Source: Octopus sinensis | Taxonomy: Eukaryota | Assembly (NCBI RefSeq): GCF_006345805.1 | Contig: NC_042998.1 | Coordinates: 180,668,001-180,732,000 of the forward strand | Reading direction: 5' to 3' | Length of the DNA stretch: 64,000 nt | Shown: in pieces, positions 26,791 to 42,008 of the stretch | How the letters are laid out: every line of letters starts with the position of its first letter | Numbering within the stretch: the stretch's first letter is position 1 | Made by a program: the position numbers and the translations under genes | The notes under the pieces: generated by a model | The model's database searches: none | What the model saw: the letters and a program-made list of their open reading frames with translations, nothing else | Told to the model about the DNA's origin: nothing

Positions 26791-27893
26791 TGTTAACGCA
26801 ATTATGCAGAACAGAGCCAAGAAACTTTCGGAAAACGCTTGCTCACTGTATAAATTCATTAAAAAATGAATAATCTATCCTGTGAGCTAAGATTTAAGAC
26901 TCCGAAATCCAGTTAAGCTGTTATTATGCATGAACACTCAAATAAAATATTTCTTCATCAAGAAAATATATTTGTTGATAAGTCTGTAAAAAATGGAAAC
27001 AGTAAATAAATAAATAAAATAGAACAGTTATTAATTTGACATCTTGCTTCCACACTTGATTTACTTTTCTTCATCTTTCATTCAATATTGTCAAAGACAA
27101 TTCTAGATATTTTAAACAAGTGATGCCTACAGTTTGGCTATATTTACTTTGCGCTTAAGAAAGTTCAAACCTGTAGGAAATTAATTCGTGTTATTCTCAG
27201 AGTTCTTTATGTTTATTTATTATATAAACTAAAAGAAAAAAACATTACAGAATGATCTGTGAAGGGAATTATTTAACTTTTATCAATATATACCACTCGG
27301 TGGAACAAGAGGCGACAAATAGCTATAATTTTTGCTTTTATTTTGTTAAAGGTTAAAGGAAACAGATTCTATTTGCGAATTCATCATTCAAATTCACACA
27401 CCAACTAGCAAAACTTACGTCATCTTATCGCGCCTATGTACCTTATAATAAAATAAATTGGCCGTAACAAGTTCTAAAGCATTTTGTTTCCCACTTTTTT
27501 TTTTGTATGTTCTTTCTTTCCCACTTCTTTACCTTATTTTCATCTCATATATCTTCTCCGTTTTCTCTCTCTTTCTCCTTTTCTTTCTTGCTATTTCTTT
27601 CTCTCTTTTCTCTTCTCTCTCTTCACTTTCTTCTCTCTTTCTCCCTCTCCTCTTCACGCTCTTTCACACACTCACACACACAAGCACACACTAGTGCATG
27701 CACAGACAGATACATTTTCATAATTATTTGCTTATCTAAAACCATTTCTAACAGGAGTCCATTATTCTTACGCACAAATACATTCTCGCACATAAAGAAT
27801 ATATGTAGTTGTATGTGCATGTGTGCGTAAGTATGTATATGTGCACGCGTGTGTGTGTATTCATGTATATGTGTGAATTCCTGTATGTATATG

Positions 27894-27929
<36 letters not shown>

Positions 27930-28099
27930 TACACGCACACACACACGTACTCACAAATACATACATATATACATACACATAATCACACTCATAAGTGTGT
28001 TCGCCTCTCAGCAATTTTAGCTTAGATATAGGAACAAACATACATAGGCAAATATAGAGGCAAATACTCAAACACATATACACATATGTATTTGTATTG

Positions 28100-28150
<51 letters not shown>

Positions 28151-28361
28151 ATATATACTGTTATATATAACAGACATCGTTAGAACAGAAAGTTCCTCAG
28201 TGATGTCGAAATTGGAACTCACTGTCAAACATATCCTTTTGCGGCTAATCGTGATGTGTAAATCTATTGGATGATCCCTTTGTTAATATTGGCATTCTAT
28301 TCTTACTATATAAAACGTACACAAAAACAAACATTCATGCACATACACACACACACACACA

Positions 28362-28430
<69 letters not shown>

Positions 28431-28440
28431 TTATTTATTA

Positions 28441-28925
28441 AAAAAAAAATTTGAAATGCCACTATATAAGATAAATTTAAATTTTCTTAGAGATTTTACT
28501 TGTTTCGGTTCTTTTTGAAAAAACGAACCTTATCAAAAATACTTTTAAAAGTTAAGTGCAATAAAAAGTTCATAAACGTTTCTTACTAGTCTCATCAGAG
28601 TCCACATTGCGATGCTTTGTGGCGGGTGGAAGCATAATGGCTGTCTTGCGCGTCCACTAAGCCAACAATTCTAGTAAACGCACAAGACAGCCATTATGCT
28701 TCCCCCACAAAACGCCACCACGTGGACTCTGCTGAGACTAGTAAGAAACAATTAAGAAATTTTTTATTACACTTAACTTTTAAAAATATTTTTGATAAGG
28801 TTCGTTTTTTCACGAATAACCGAAACATGTTAAAATCTCTAAGAAAATTAAAATATATCTTATATAGCGGCGTTTTCAAACTTCTTTTTTGTAAATATAT
28901 ACCCACTCGTATGCCACCTACACTT
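28441..28925. mobile_element. Palindromic Penelope-like pseudo-LTR with U3-A8 hammerheads
   Basis: Arms ~28441-28660 and ~28671-28890, unpaired tail 28891-28925. HHR motif + 28788-28836 (ttgataa-ggtt...aacc-gaaacatgtt), mirror 28493-28540. Confidence 0.75.
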
Positions 28926-29071
28926 TATATATATGTATATATATACACATACTTATGCAAAAGGAGAGAGACTAAGTGAGAGAGAGCAGAAAGAGAAAGA
29001 AGGAGATAGATATATAGATATATAAATGCATATATACAATACTGTTTTATTGTGTGATGCTTATGTATGTG

Positions 29072-29115
<44 letters not shown>

Positions 29116-29886
29116 TATGTGTGTGTGTGTGTGTGTATGTAAATGTAAATATATATATATATACATATGTGTGTATGTATACATAGACATGCGTGGGTGC
29201 GCACGTGCGTGTGTGCGCGTGTGTGTATGTGTGCGCGCGTGTGTATGTATGAATGTGTGTAGTACATATAATTTTCTCTCAGCTTCACCTCATTTCCCGC
29301 ATCATTTTTATATTTACATTCAACAGCTTAAGTGTTCAGGTTTGCACCAACGTCGCCAATTTCTTTAGTGCATGATTTCCTCCTCGAATATTCCAGTATC
29401 ATTATTAGGGCATGAAAAGATGATCTTTACTGCCAACATTAGTACCAGGGCGTGAATAACAGACCGTTACTTTTCTACCAAATATTTATCAGACATCTTC
29501 AGTCACCTATTAAATAAAATAACAAGCTATCTTAAAATGAATCACTGGGGATTAATGCTGAATTTCGGTTGATAAGATCCACAACTAGCCTCGTAGCATC
29601 TAAAGACAAGTAACACTATGATGTTTGGTAAATTACATTAATTTAGTGCCTATACTTCCATGCTGGTTACAAATACACAGTTACGCCAATGATAATAAAC
29701 ATACGCGTTGTTTGGATATCACTTTTTTATTGACTGTCAACCGGTTAAATATCCCACCACCTAACTAATCGATCGTTTGTTTAATACGTTGATTAAATAA
29801 TCAATCGGCTGTTTGCTTCTCAAAATTCTTTCGTTGCTATTCGCTACCTCATCAATGATATGCTCAATCTCTCTCTTCAATGCAAA

Positions 29887-29974
<88 letters not shown>

Positions 29975-29990
29975 CATTATTATTATTATT

Positions 29991-30675
29991 GAGTGAGAGA
30001 GCAGTGCATGCCATCAAAGTGACACACAGGTAAATTATACGAAACCCATTATACCCATCATTACTACCCGTCTGATAAGGGAATACCAGGCACATGCATC
30101 ACAACCATATGTGCGCGACATGGTGATCTCATATCGAGATAAACAGCACATGACCTTGCAGATGGGGCCCAGTTAGAATTTTCTTCTGGTTGAGTAGCCC
30201 ATCCCACTCAAATGGTCCCTGAATAAGGATTGTTTAGGAATGTTGAGCGAAACACTCATGTTTCCAAAGGTGAAGTATCCAAACCTCCAAGAATCCCTTT
30301 CAGCACACGGTTATGATGCTCCCCCACAACTCCTGCATGTGATCATAGATGCACATATCGTCAGCCACTAAGGGACATGCTCCACTAGTTATGGTCAAAC
30401 AATTGACAAGCAAATCTGTGGTATTAGGCAGAATATTTGGTGTAGCCCATCTTTTATACCAAGACAAAACAAAGTACATGATAACACCTCCAATCAGTTA
30501 AGATCAGAAGCCATGAGAGCCACTGCCTGGTACTGCATCAGGGCATTTATTATTATTATTATTATTATTATTGAGTGAGAGAGCAGTTCATGCCATCAAA
30601 GTGACACTGGGGTAAAATATACGAAGCCCAATATACCCATCATGACTACCCGTCTGATAAAGGTACACCAGGCAC
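29991..30675 (-). mobile_element. ~555-bp non-coding retroposed element in (AAT)n plus a tandem 3' partial copy (30573-30675)
   Basis: gagtgagagagcagt...ccaggcac occurs at 29991 and 30573, each adjoining (ATT)n. Confidence 0.7.
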
Positions 30676-31115
30676 GTTATAATTTGACTGAAAGCTTGCG
30701 GAGGGAAAGTGGCAGGAGCAGTAGCGAAATATCTTCATGTAATACAATACAGATATTTAAATTGATAAGATTTTTTTTCTAAGGATGTGGACAGTACTTG
30801 TCAGCAGAATCTTTTGGATTTCTCTGAATTATGGTTCTCCTGGAATCTTATCTAGCTGTTTCTGACATCCCTATCTTATCTACCTAGGGCATCCACAATA
30901 ACAGGAACAGTTCTCCATTTAAGATGCCACATCTTTTGTATTTCAGTTTCCAGGTCCTTATATTTACTTAATTTGTCAAATTCCTTTGCAGAAATATTTT
31001 TATCAGTGGGAGCATTTACATCTATTGGTCTACCAGTATTTTCTTGCCTGTCTTTAATGACTATGTCTGGTCGATTAGCCTGGATCGTTGTGTCGGTGTT
31101 GACTGGAAAGTCCCA
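30676..31115 (-). mobile_element. R4/Dong-type RLE fragment, third family
   Basis: Minus strand WDFPVNTDTTIQANRPDIVIKD...IDVNAPTDKNISAKEFDKLSKYKDLETEIQKMWHLK...HILRK. Confidence 0.8.
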
Positions 31116-32347
31116 GAGGCTAGTGACGTTTTCGCCCGGCTTGCTAACGTTTCTGACAGCTCACTGCATTTATCAAAAGAGAAAAACAAAATCTTAGATA
31201 AGAATATTTCACATTTGAGTTCCTACACTTGATAAATAAAACAATATTTTAATTATTGCTACATTCATTTTTTTAATTATTTCCAACATTAAAATAGTGC
31301 ATTATCAAGGTCAGTCGATTCGTAGAAACAGTAAAACAGCGCACAAAATCCACTACAGTATTTTGTTATGCATGCAGTTCGAATTCCACTGAAGTCTACT
31401 TTGCTTTTAATCCTTCCAGATTTAATAAATCAGTTGCAGAGTCGTTATGACCGACTACACTCCGCCTCAACAATTTCTGACATTATGTCTGATAGAAATT
31501 TACATTAAGGAATTTAAATTTTAAATGCATTATTGCGTTCAGAAATGTGGTATATGTTACAGGGCAAAACAATACGGTTTCGGCTTACGAATGCCATAAT
31601 ACGTTTCGAATTTAACTTCAAAACAATTTCTCGTTTCCTATCCTTCAAATGATCTTGAAAGGAGTATTCTTCCCTTACTAAGTTTGTAGAGATTTCGCTA
31701 AACAAATTGCTAATACTTTCCAGTATTCCGATATGAAACTCGATTCAATGATTGGGAGAACACAGCGTAACGTTTAGATTGAATTACTCCGCAATTCTTA
31801 CTAGTGTTTGTGATGCATATAAGAGGGCGTTTATAGGAGATCGTATTAGAGCTTCTATGCTTTTAACAGTAATGTGAAGTCACATACGTTCAAATATGTT
31901 ATTGATACAGTATATAAATCAGTAGTTTCACCCAGTTCTAAAACATATATTATTATAGAATTTTATTAAATAACTTTATCTTAGCAAAATCAAATCGTTT
32001 GTGTACTTCAGTTTAACCTTATAATTCACTAAGAAATTAACGCTAATTTAAGTGAATATTAGATTCTCTATAAGACCGTAATGTAAACAAATGATTTCCG
32101 CGAGGTATGATTGTGTATCAGATAGCAATGGTGTGACTGAACTTAATTATACCAGGTCAGCGGAGACTAAGATAAGAATATGAAAGCATAAAATGATTCT
32201 ACTAGCTTTAATAAACAACTTAGAATGTGTTTACTGAGGCGAAGGGACACTTCAAAACTACACACACACACACCTATATATATATATATATTATATATAT
32301 ATATATAGGTGTGTGTGGTGTGAGAGAGATATATATACATATGCATA

Positions 32348-32736
<389 letters not shown>

Positions 32737-33299
32737 ATATATATATACATATGTGTGTGTGTGTGTGTGTGCGCGCGCGTTTATATACATATGCATGTAT
32801 GTGCTTGTGTGTGTGTGTGTGAATCTACAGATTTTTATTCTGTGTGTTTGCTATTTTTCATATTATTCTGACCCAGACCTCTCTTTCAATAAGAATGTCT
32901 ATATTCTTAACAGATGTGATTAGTATATCAGTCTAAAGTAGTCGAGGATGATCATATGTCAATTGTCATTTATTTACAAAGCGTGAAATCAAGATTTTCA
33001 TATAAGTATTTATGGGGCCAATGGAAGTCGTATTAAATCTATTCATCGGCCTACTGATTAAAGGAATCTTACGTCAATTATTTTTATCGTGAATTTAAAT
33101 TTAGAGAACTCTTTTCGTTATTTGGTTACACAAAAAGCAGTGCTCATAAATTTTTAAAGAATATCTGAGAAAGGCAAAATCATTCTGAGACCTAAAAACT
33201 GGTTTAAATGCTTCAATGGGCCAGCTGAGTGTGTTAAACCAGACATTAAAAAATGAAGTCTTTTAATAGGCATGAATAGAGACAGTCCTACCAACGGAC

Positions 33300-33440
33300 T
33301 TCCGCAGTCTTCATCGACTCAATTTTATTAAAAAGACTTCGTACAAGCAAGGCTGTTTTTGAAGACACTTGTCCAAAATGCCAAACAATAGAGTGGAAAT
33401 GGGAACCACGTTATTGTGATACTAAGTGCTTAGTCACACA
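33300..33440 (-). mobile_element. Highly degenerate SINE family B
   Basis: gaagacacttgtccaaaatgcc...ggaaccacg matches the reverse complement of family B. Confidence 0.5.
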
Positions 33441-34662
33441 ATAATCTGTAGGAAAGCATGCTGTGTTATCGTACAAATGTGCACGTAGTCCATTCTGAAA
33501 TGAGAGTCATCTCCGGAAGGTGCAGCAAGTTCAGTTCCAACTAAATAAATTACTCACGTTGTTGCACGCTGCTTTTGTACTTGTTACCACTGATGTTGCT
33601 TCGACAGAGTTACTATTGCTGTTGTGTACACACACGTATCGAGTAGATTTATGATCTAAATCATTCTAGCCATGACTACCTAAACATTTTAAAGTATAGT
33701 TTATCTAAAATTATATTATCCACTGTGTTCCTCTACTCTTAGGGCAGCAAAATGTGATTTTAAAATGACTTGACGACTGCACGGCAGTAATGAGTGAGAC
33801 TATTTACTATTTAGTCGGGCAACCAATCTCCATCACACTTACATACTGACATTAAGTCTTAGAGAAGTATACTATCCAGAGACAGGAACATGTAAAGGGA
33901 GCTCGTTATATTTCTAGAATTATCGATCTGGTCCACATGAATTAATAACACTTCGGGAAGATATCGGCTATAAAATACGAAATTAATTTTAAAATAAAAA
34001 GTAGTCTGCCGTTAGACAAAACACATATAATTTCTAATTAGTAGAAAAATTGTCAGTGACTTAGTGACCTTTACAATCTTTTAGAATAAGCTCCCCAAAC
34101 TTCGTTATTCATTAAATTAAAACTATTTCTCGGTTTGATCGATAAGCTACTGAAATGTGTGTATGTGTGTGTGTGTGTGCGTAAGTGGCTGTATGTGTTT
34201 GGGTCTGTGTGTATATACAGACACACGATTACACACACATAAACACAACACACACACACACAAATATATGTGTGTGTATCTATAGTATTTGAAGTCAAGT
34301 GTGTGGTGTTTATATGTATCTCCACATTTGTTTATATATACGCATGCATATGCATGTATATATACATATATGCATATTTATGAAAAAAATATATATATAC
34401 TAAGTATATATCCATTTATATATGAATATATACTTGTATTATATATGAATATATACTTGTATTTGAATATATACTTGTATATATATACATATACACCATA
34501 TGTATATATATGTATATATATGTGTGTGTATGTGCACACACGTACATATATATGTTTTTACGTATGTATGTATGTATATATGTATGTATGGATGTATGTA
34601 TGTATGTATGTATGTATCTATGTATGCATGCACGTATGTATATATGTATGTATGTATGTATG

Positions 34663-34696
<34 letters not shown>

Positions 34697-35232
34697 TGTA
34701 TGTATGTATGTATGTATGTATGTATGTACAAACATAGACAATAGCTTCCGCCTCAGAATATATAGTTTATTCTATAGAAAATATATGTACGTACCACTAA
34801 TCTGTCATCCAATATTTCACATAATAATTTAATTTCAAAGAAAGATTTATTTTATTTTTTATTCATTTTACTTTATTATATTTTATTACTTTCTTCTTTT
34901 CAGATTTACCGACGAAGCGTGTTGTACTTTTACGTGTCAATTTAAAAGCTACCTTTTATGAACATTTAATGCGTTGCAAGTCAAGCTACGGTTTTATACT
35001 CACCAATACTGAAAAATATAAGATAGGACTCACTTGTGGCACATAAATCTCAAATGAATTTTTTTTCCAGACAGCTGTTTACGTTTTTGTTTTGTTTCTT
35101 TCTTTAAGTTTTCTTAATTTTAACTAAATAAACTTCGGATAAATATAATTAATGTTTACTGAGATAAATCAAGTATTTATGAGCCGCTCATTCCCCCCCC
35201 TTCCCCCATCCCCCCTCTCTCTCTCTCACACA

Positions 35233-35278
<46 letters not shown>

Positions 35279-35590
35279 CTATCTATTTTCTATTTCATTC
35301 AGCGAGTGGTTTATCAGTTTAAAAGTCTAAAACTGACTTGAGAATTGTTAAAATTAATAAGGAAAGATACAAAATATACAGATAATATTGATGATGATGA
35401 TGAGGATGACGACCACGACGAGGAGGAGGGGAGGAGGATACTACTAATAATAGGGACATGCTACTAATAATGATTGGCAAGAGCATTTTTTTATATAGTT
35501 TATTAAAAATATAAATTTAATTACTGTTCCCATACGCATTTGTATATACACACATATGCCTAGATACATGTACATATATATATTTGAATT

Positions 35591-35663
<73 letters not shown>

Positions 35664-35720
35664 ATGTTAGCCTTCGGATGTAAGAGTACGCGTTTCTTCG
35701 AGAGAGAGATACAGACAGAT

Positions 35721-35772
<52 letters not shown>

Positions 35773-35945
35773 CGTATGTGTTTTTTTCATTTTGTTAGCA
35801 ATCATAAAATTTGAATAAAAGTCAGGTTTAATATATGGTCGTCCTGACTGTGTGATTTGAACCGCAAAGTTTTATCTGACTGACCACTTCAAAGTGTATC
35901 TTTCTTTTATTATGCCAATAAATGTGACTTCCGATAAATAATCTA

Positions 35946-35995
35946 AATTATTATTGTTATTATCAGTATTATTATCATTATTATCATTATTATTA

Positions 35996-36038
<43 letters not shown>

Positions 36039-36116
36039 CATCATCAGTATTATTATCATCATCACCACCTTTATTATTATTATTATTATTATTATTATTT
36101 ATTATTATTATTATTT

Positions 36117-36156
<40 letters not shown>

Positions 36157-36195
36157 CATTATTATTATTATTATTATTATTATATTATTATTTTT

Positions 36196-36226
<31 letters not shown>

Positions 36227-36300
36227 TTTATTATTATTATTATATATTATTATTATTATATTATTATTATTATTTTTATTATTACTATCATCATCATTAT
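35946..36300. repeat. (ATT)n/(ATC)n array
   Basis: Direct reading. Confidence 0.95.
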
Positions 36301-38547
36301 GTTTATCGCTACCCTCAAAATTATTATCGCTTCTTAGATCGAAGGAAAAATAGAAATTTTTTGTCACATTTCAATTAACTATTAACAAGCGAAATATATA
36401 AATCACAGCTCATTAAATTGGAAAAGATATATTGCCCTATTTAGTGACAAACGGATTTATATGACACAAGGTTCATAATAGTATTGAAACCAGCAATACA
36501 AGAGTTATCTCTATTGGCTCATGCTTCATTCATGTCTGATAAATAAGGTAACTTTGACCTCCTGTCTATGACAATCGGAGATGCAACAATTGAAGCGCAG
36601 CAGAATTTAAAACTGTGTTGGAATTTTCTGGGAGTTGTGCAGATACTAGAATATCACATGACTGTAAGGACGCATACAATATCCACTTAAGTTATTGATA
36701 TTTTATTTTAAATATTAAAATATATATATAAAAGAAATTAGATCAATATTGATTCTTTACTAAGAACGTTTTTTTGTTTTTCTGATTTATGACAAAAACA
36801 TATTGGGACGTGGAAATGGTCGTGCTTATCAAAAAACCTTGTTGTAATCGAGGGAAGTGAAACAACTGCATTAGGAAGAGGCAAACAAAATAGCCTATCT
36901 GATTCACCAAAAATTTTCCACTGCGTTATGGTGATAACTTCTCGACAAATAACAGAGTTTGTGATAGCTTTTGACAAGTACGAATGTCCCGTCTTTTACA
37001 ATATGGATTCGTTGACTGTTATGAGGTTCGGGGTAATACAGAATCATTAGATACATTACTGAAATTGAAGCACTTCAACTGAGAATCAGATGCGAGAATT
37101 TCACCAGAGAATTCATTCTAGCTCTTAACGCCCGCCTCAAAACGGATAATATTTCTTATATCTTCTATATTATAAGGTAGGTGATATATATTATAATATA
37201 GATGATAATAATATATATATATTATATCAGATACGAAAAAGTACGTATGAAAAATGAAATCATGGCGTGTGTGCCTTTCCAGTGGACATTAGCGTCTTGA
37301 TGGGGTTGGTGTTAATCAGGAAATCGATCGCTAGTTGCGAACTTCTGTAGACGATTGATTTTCCCCGCTTCAGTTTACTAAACGGTAAACAGAAGGCAAC
37401 AGTAGTCACACGAGAGATGGAAAAGGATCAGATGACAGGATATGGAAGCAATTTTATAGACCTTGTTTTATATCACAGAACTCCGAGTCCACATCTTTCT
37501 TTCACCCAAAAGTCATTTTTTTCCCAATTTCAATCTTTCCACCCCATTCTCCAAAGGACCATAATCAATATTTTCTTCATTAATAATACACGATTCATGC
37601 AGTCAGTTGCATGTGTTCATGTCAGTCGTGGCACTTCAATGTTATTTATCATCGTCGTCGTCATCATCATCATCCTCATCATCAATTCATCATCATAAAT
37701 TCAGTAATATCAGCAGCAATATCACCATCATTCAATCAGAATTGTCAATCTCATACAAGCCTCCCTTGCATTTGTCCTAACAGTTTTGTTTATGGCTGTG
37801 TTTTCGCCACTTGAGAATAAGTGTTTACCTAAATACATGGTAAAGCTTCTAGATAAGTGCTTACGCCTTTGAATATATGAGTGTTTACACAGCATTTATG
37901 CATTATATATCTCAATAACAGCAATAAAACCTACATAGTTTATAGGTTTTTACAGCGGATTTTTAATTCTAAATGATTTTATGTACATATTTATGTACAC
38001 ACAAAGAGGATACGCTCCAATAAGCCAATTTTTTTAAATGTATATAATAACTATTTACGTATTAATACGGTCATTTGGTGTATTAGCAGAATTTCAGACA
38101 ATGAGTTGCAGTAATTCAGGTTGGTTAGCAGCCGCATCACTGTCCCAATTCTGGGAGATTTGGTTAAGATAATAGTCACTACCCTTACACTTCTGATAAA
38201 TTTTGTGATATCAATCTATGTTACAAATATATATGATCTTCTAGTTGATTTACTACAGAGAGTCTTTGTCAAAACGAAATACCTTGTGTTTACCCAACGA
38301 GCAAGTGAGCGTTACTGGTCATTGTGTGTTTTTTTTATAAATTGTTTTGATATATGTAGTTATTCTCTTAAGGGTGTACCTCACCTTTGAATGTGCATTT
38401 GTATTTATGGGTTTGTGAATATGTATTTATTTAAAAATTATTTATAATGAAAATATAATATCTCTTTCCCTTCACTAGGAGTATAGTAAATTTTGCCCGA
38501 AATTCAGAAGCAATTCTCTTCTCAAGGTTATGTCTTGTAATCTTTCC

Positions 38548-38631
<84 letters not shown>

Positions 38632-38798
38632 CGTCTCCTCCTCACTCTCGCCGCTCTTCTGTTCGCTTCTATTATCTATGGGTTTACTTGCCAACAACCT
38701 ATCTCAGATAAAGAGCAAATGCTATAAAGGAAAGATTCAACACACCTCACAGAAATTGAACTTTCCGGCCTTTATATACACACACACACAAACAAGCA

Positions 38799-38870
<72 letters not shown>

Positions 38871-38872
38871 GT

Positions 38873-39185
38873 GGAGGTGCAATGACCCAGTGGCTAGGGC
38901 AGCGGATTTGCGGTCGTAGGATCGCGATTTCGATTCCCAGACCGGGCGTTGCGAGTGTTTATTGAGCGAAAACACCTAAAAGTTCCACGAGGCTCCGGCT
39001 TCACGTGGCGATCCCTGCTGTACTCTTTCGCCACAACTTTCACTCTTCTTCTGTTGGCCTGCTCACTTAGCCAGCGGTGTGGCGTCATTTGAAGGCTAAA
39101 ACAATGCGAAGCGCATTGTGACCAGCGACGTGTAGCAACATCTGATAGCTTGGTCGGTCACGGTGACCACGGTGATCACGGTGAT
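38873..39185 (+). mobile_element. Full-length tRNA-derived SINE, family C, with (cacggtgat)n tail
   Basis: A-box tgacccagtgg, B-box-like gatttcgattccc, 9-bp tandem tail, inserted next to (TA)n. Confidence 0.75.
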
Positions 39186-40239
39186 ATATGTATGTATGTT
39201 TGTATTAAGCCATCTTGCTAAACTATACTTATTAATAATTCTCAGATGAATATACATTCTTTGTTATTCGTTTCACTTCATTTCGTTATAATATTAATAT
39301 TACTATGCATTTTTCGCAGGGAAAATTAATTAACAAACCCTTTGTCGTTGACGTCCTACTATTGCTTAATCAGAGTACAGCAGACAATGACTGGGATTTA
39401 CTCTGCTAATACAATAAAACCATGGCTTTCATTTACTCTGTATCACTAGACAATTTCGCCTATCATACCTTCTAATATAAGCTTTAGCGTAGGAGTTATA
39501 TTTTTATATTCCTCTCAATATCACTTCAAAGAAATACGTTAGTTTACTCTTACTGCGGAAATTGTAGGGATTTCTTCCGTTAAATATCGCCGCATAGCTT
39601 GCTTTAAACAGTTAACTATATATTAAGAATAGTTTTTTTTCTTGATTCTATCTTTTAGGTTCTATTATGATCGAAATTTCTTCATTTTCTTCCCTTATAG
39701 ATAATTATTTGCTAATTCGCATACCTGATTTCACATGAAAAATACTGCCAACTATGAATGAAAAGCGAAGTTAAATAATCTTAGTCATTATTTCATGAAA
39801 GGATTCAAGTATAAAAGACCATTCAATTTTCTTTACTTTTACTACTTACAATCCCCTACAATCCCCTCACTCGAATGTAAATTAATTAACTCTCAGTACC
39901 TTAGCCTAATACCACTCAATAATTCTTCATCCGTGACATTCACGTTTCCTTCAATTCGTTATATTCACTGCAGAGTTGTAGTTGTTGTTTAGCCCCAGGT
40001 CTGAACCACGATGAAAGATGTTCCTGCCGTAACCATCTCATCGTTTAATCCGACAAAATTTATCTTGGATTATACGTCAGAACGCGTCCTTTTCTTTTTC
40101 AGATGATAGAGTGTAGTTTTGCAGAGATTAACTTAGTACTTCTAAGAGGCTTCTTAATTGACTCGTGACTCCCAAAGTAAATATGATAAGGCACTTGCAT
40201 GCATATGGCTTCTACTTACCGCAGATGTGTCATATAGTA

Positions 40240-40803
40240 TTGGGTTGTCCGGAAAGTTCGTGTCGATTTATAGTAGCTTACATTTCGACTTATTTTAGAA
40301 CATGGTTGAGTCCATAAAATAGGATTTCACTACACCTCCATTTAGAGCACAGGTTAAGCTATCTTTTCGTGGAAGAAGGTTTATGTTCCTATAACCTGTG
40401 TTAATTCTATAACCCTTTAAAATGGAAGATAAGAAAGTTCATTTTCGGCACTTGATGCTTTGGGAACCAGACAATAATTGCTGCAGCTCGGCTGGGATGT
40501 GTTGCCCCATCCTCTATATTCACCAGATATTGCTCCTTCAGATTTCCACTTATTCAAGTCTCTGCAGAATAGTCTTAATGGTAAAAATTTCAATTCCTTG
40601 GATGTCGTAAAAAGATACCTTGATGAATTCTTTGCCATGAAACTACCTCAATTCTGGGAAGAGGGTATTTTCAACTTAAAGGAAAGATGGAGACGCATTG
40701 TGCAACAAAATGGTTCATATTTGGTTGGTTAAAAATGTAATCAAGTATTTATTAACCTTTTTCTTTCCTCTAAACATCGGCACGAACATTCCGGACAAGC
40801 CAA
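40240..40803 (+). mobile_element. Internally deleted mariner element
   Basis: TIRs ttgggttgtccggaaagttcgtg / cacgaacattccggacaagccaa with TA on both sides. N-terminus MEDKKVHFRHLMLWE is joined to LGWDVLPHPLYSPDIAPSDFHLF. Confidence 0.92.
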
Positions 40804-41807
40804 TAGTTTCATAGTAGAAGATTCATCTCTGGTTTAAGCAACATCATTTTTCAACAGACGTAGAGATACTTTCTCCTAAAGTAAAACATATAACAATTTG
40901 TATTTTCCTGCTATGTTAAAGATACATATTTACGAACAAATATCAATCAGAAAAGCTTTCTTCGAATACAGATTCATTTTCTCTCATTTGGATCGATTAC
41001 AATCAAGAAAAGATTGGTACTCTCGCATTGAAGAAGAAAAAAGGATTCAAAAATAAAAGCTGAATGAAAGAGAAAGGAACGAGAAATAATTAGTTGGTGT
41101 TTCGTATTTAGATATTTCTCTCTGTTCCTGAAATGAAAGATTTATATCTTAGATTGTCATATTTTGAATCGAAGAAAAGATTCTCTGATAGAAACAACGT
41201 CCTGGGGATAGAGGTTAAATTGTAATGGTGCGATAAATTCTGATTCAATTCATTGTCTGGGGGCAGAATTGATCTTATATTCATACAATTGTACACAGCA
41301 CGTTTAAGTATGGTAATTATATAGATAAATAAGAGAAGGAGAGAGAGAGAGAAGAGAAAGAGAGGAGAGGAAGAAGGATGAGTGTGTGGACATGTATGTG
41401 TGCTTGTATGTAATGCGCTTGTGTAGATGTTAGAAGGGTTCCCCACCATCACCATTGGTAACACGAAACGAAATTTGATGGCTACGGGTAAACATTAGAA
41501 ATTTGCTGTGTTCAATGGTTATATGCGTAGATTTAATAAGAACTCTGGTACACAGCGAAAGTCGTATATCCATTCCGTCCCATAGAATCTACCAGGTAGG
41601 TTCTGGTGTTTGCTTTCATCTTTTCTGCATCCAAAACTATGATAGGAAATAATTGTGTAGAGAACAATCATAGCGTCCTGGATAAATCTAACAGACAGAA
41701 ATCATTCCTAAAATTATATTTTTTCAAGTATATTTTCTATTATCACAGCACGTCAGTGGGTTCAAAGAATACTTGGATATCGTATCATATCAGCCTATTA
41801 TAGCCAT

Positions 41808-42008
41808 TTCAAATTTTGGAACACGGCCAGTAATTTTAGGATGATAGAAGATAGCATCGAACCCAGATCTTCAGTAATAGATTATCTTACAAACACCAAG
41901 ATAAAAAAAAAACGCTTCGGGTATTTTTGAACTCACAATACGAAGACGGAAGATATGCTGTTGAGCTTTGCGTGCCACGTACTAACGGCTCAGCTAGCTC
42001 ACCGCCTC
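41808..42008 (-). mobile_element. Degenerate SINE family A
   Basis: tttgaactcac...gtactaacggctcagctagctcaccgcc. Confidence 0.55.

Noticed and set aside
28441-28890. Palindromes as ordinary MITEs or foldback DNA transposons
   Set aside because: No TSDs, asymmetric unpaired tails and hammerhead motifs fit Penelope-like inverted termini better.
36790-37050. Stop-free stretches on both strands as a possible exon
   Set aside because: No recognisable protein motif or convincing splice pair.
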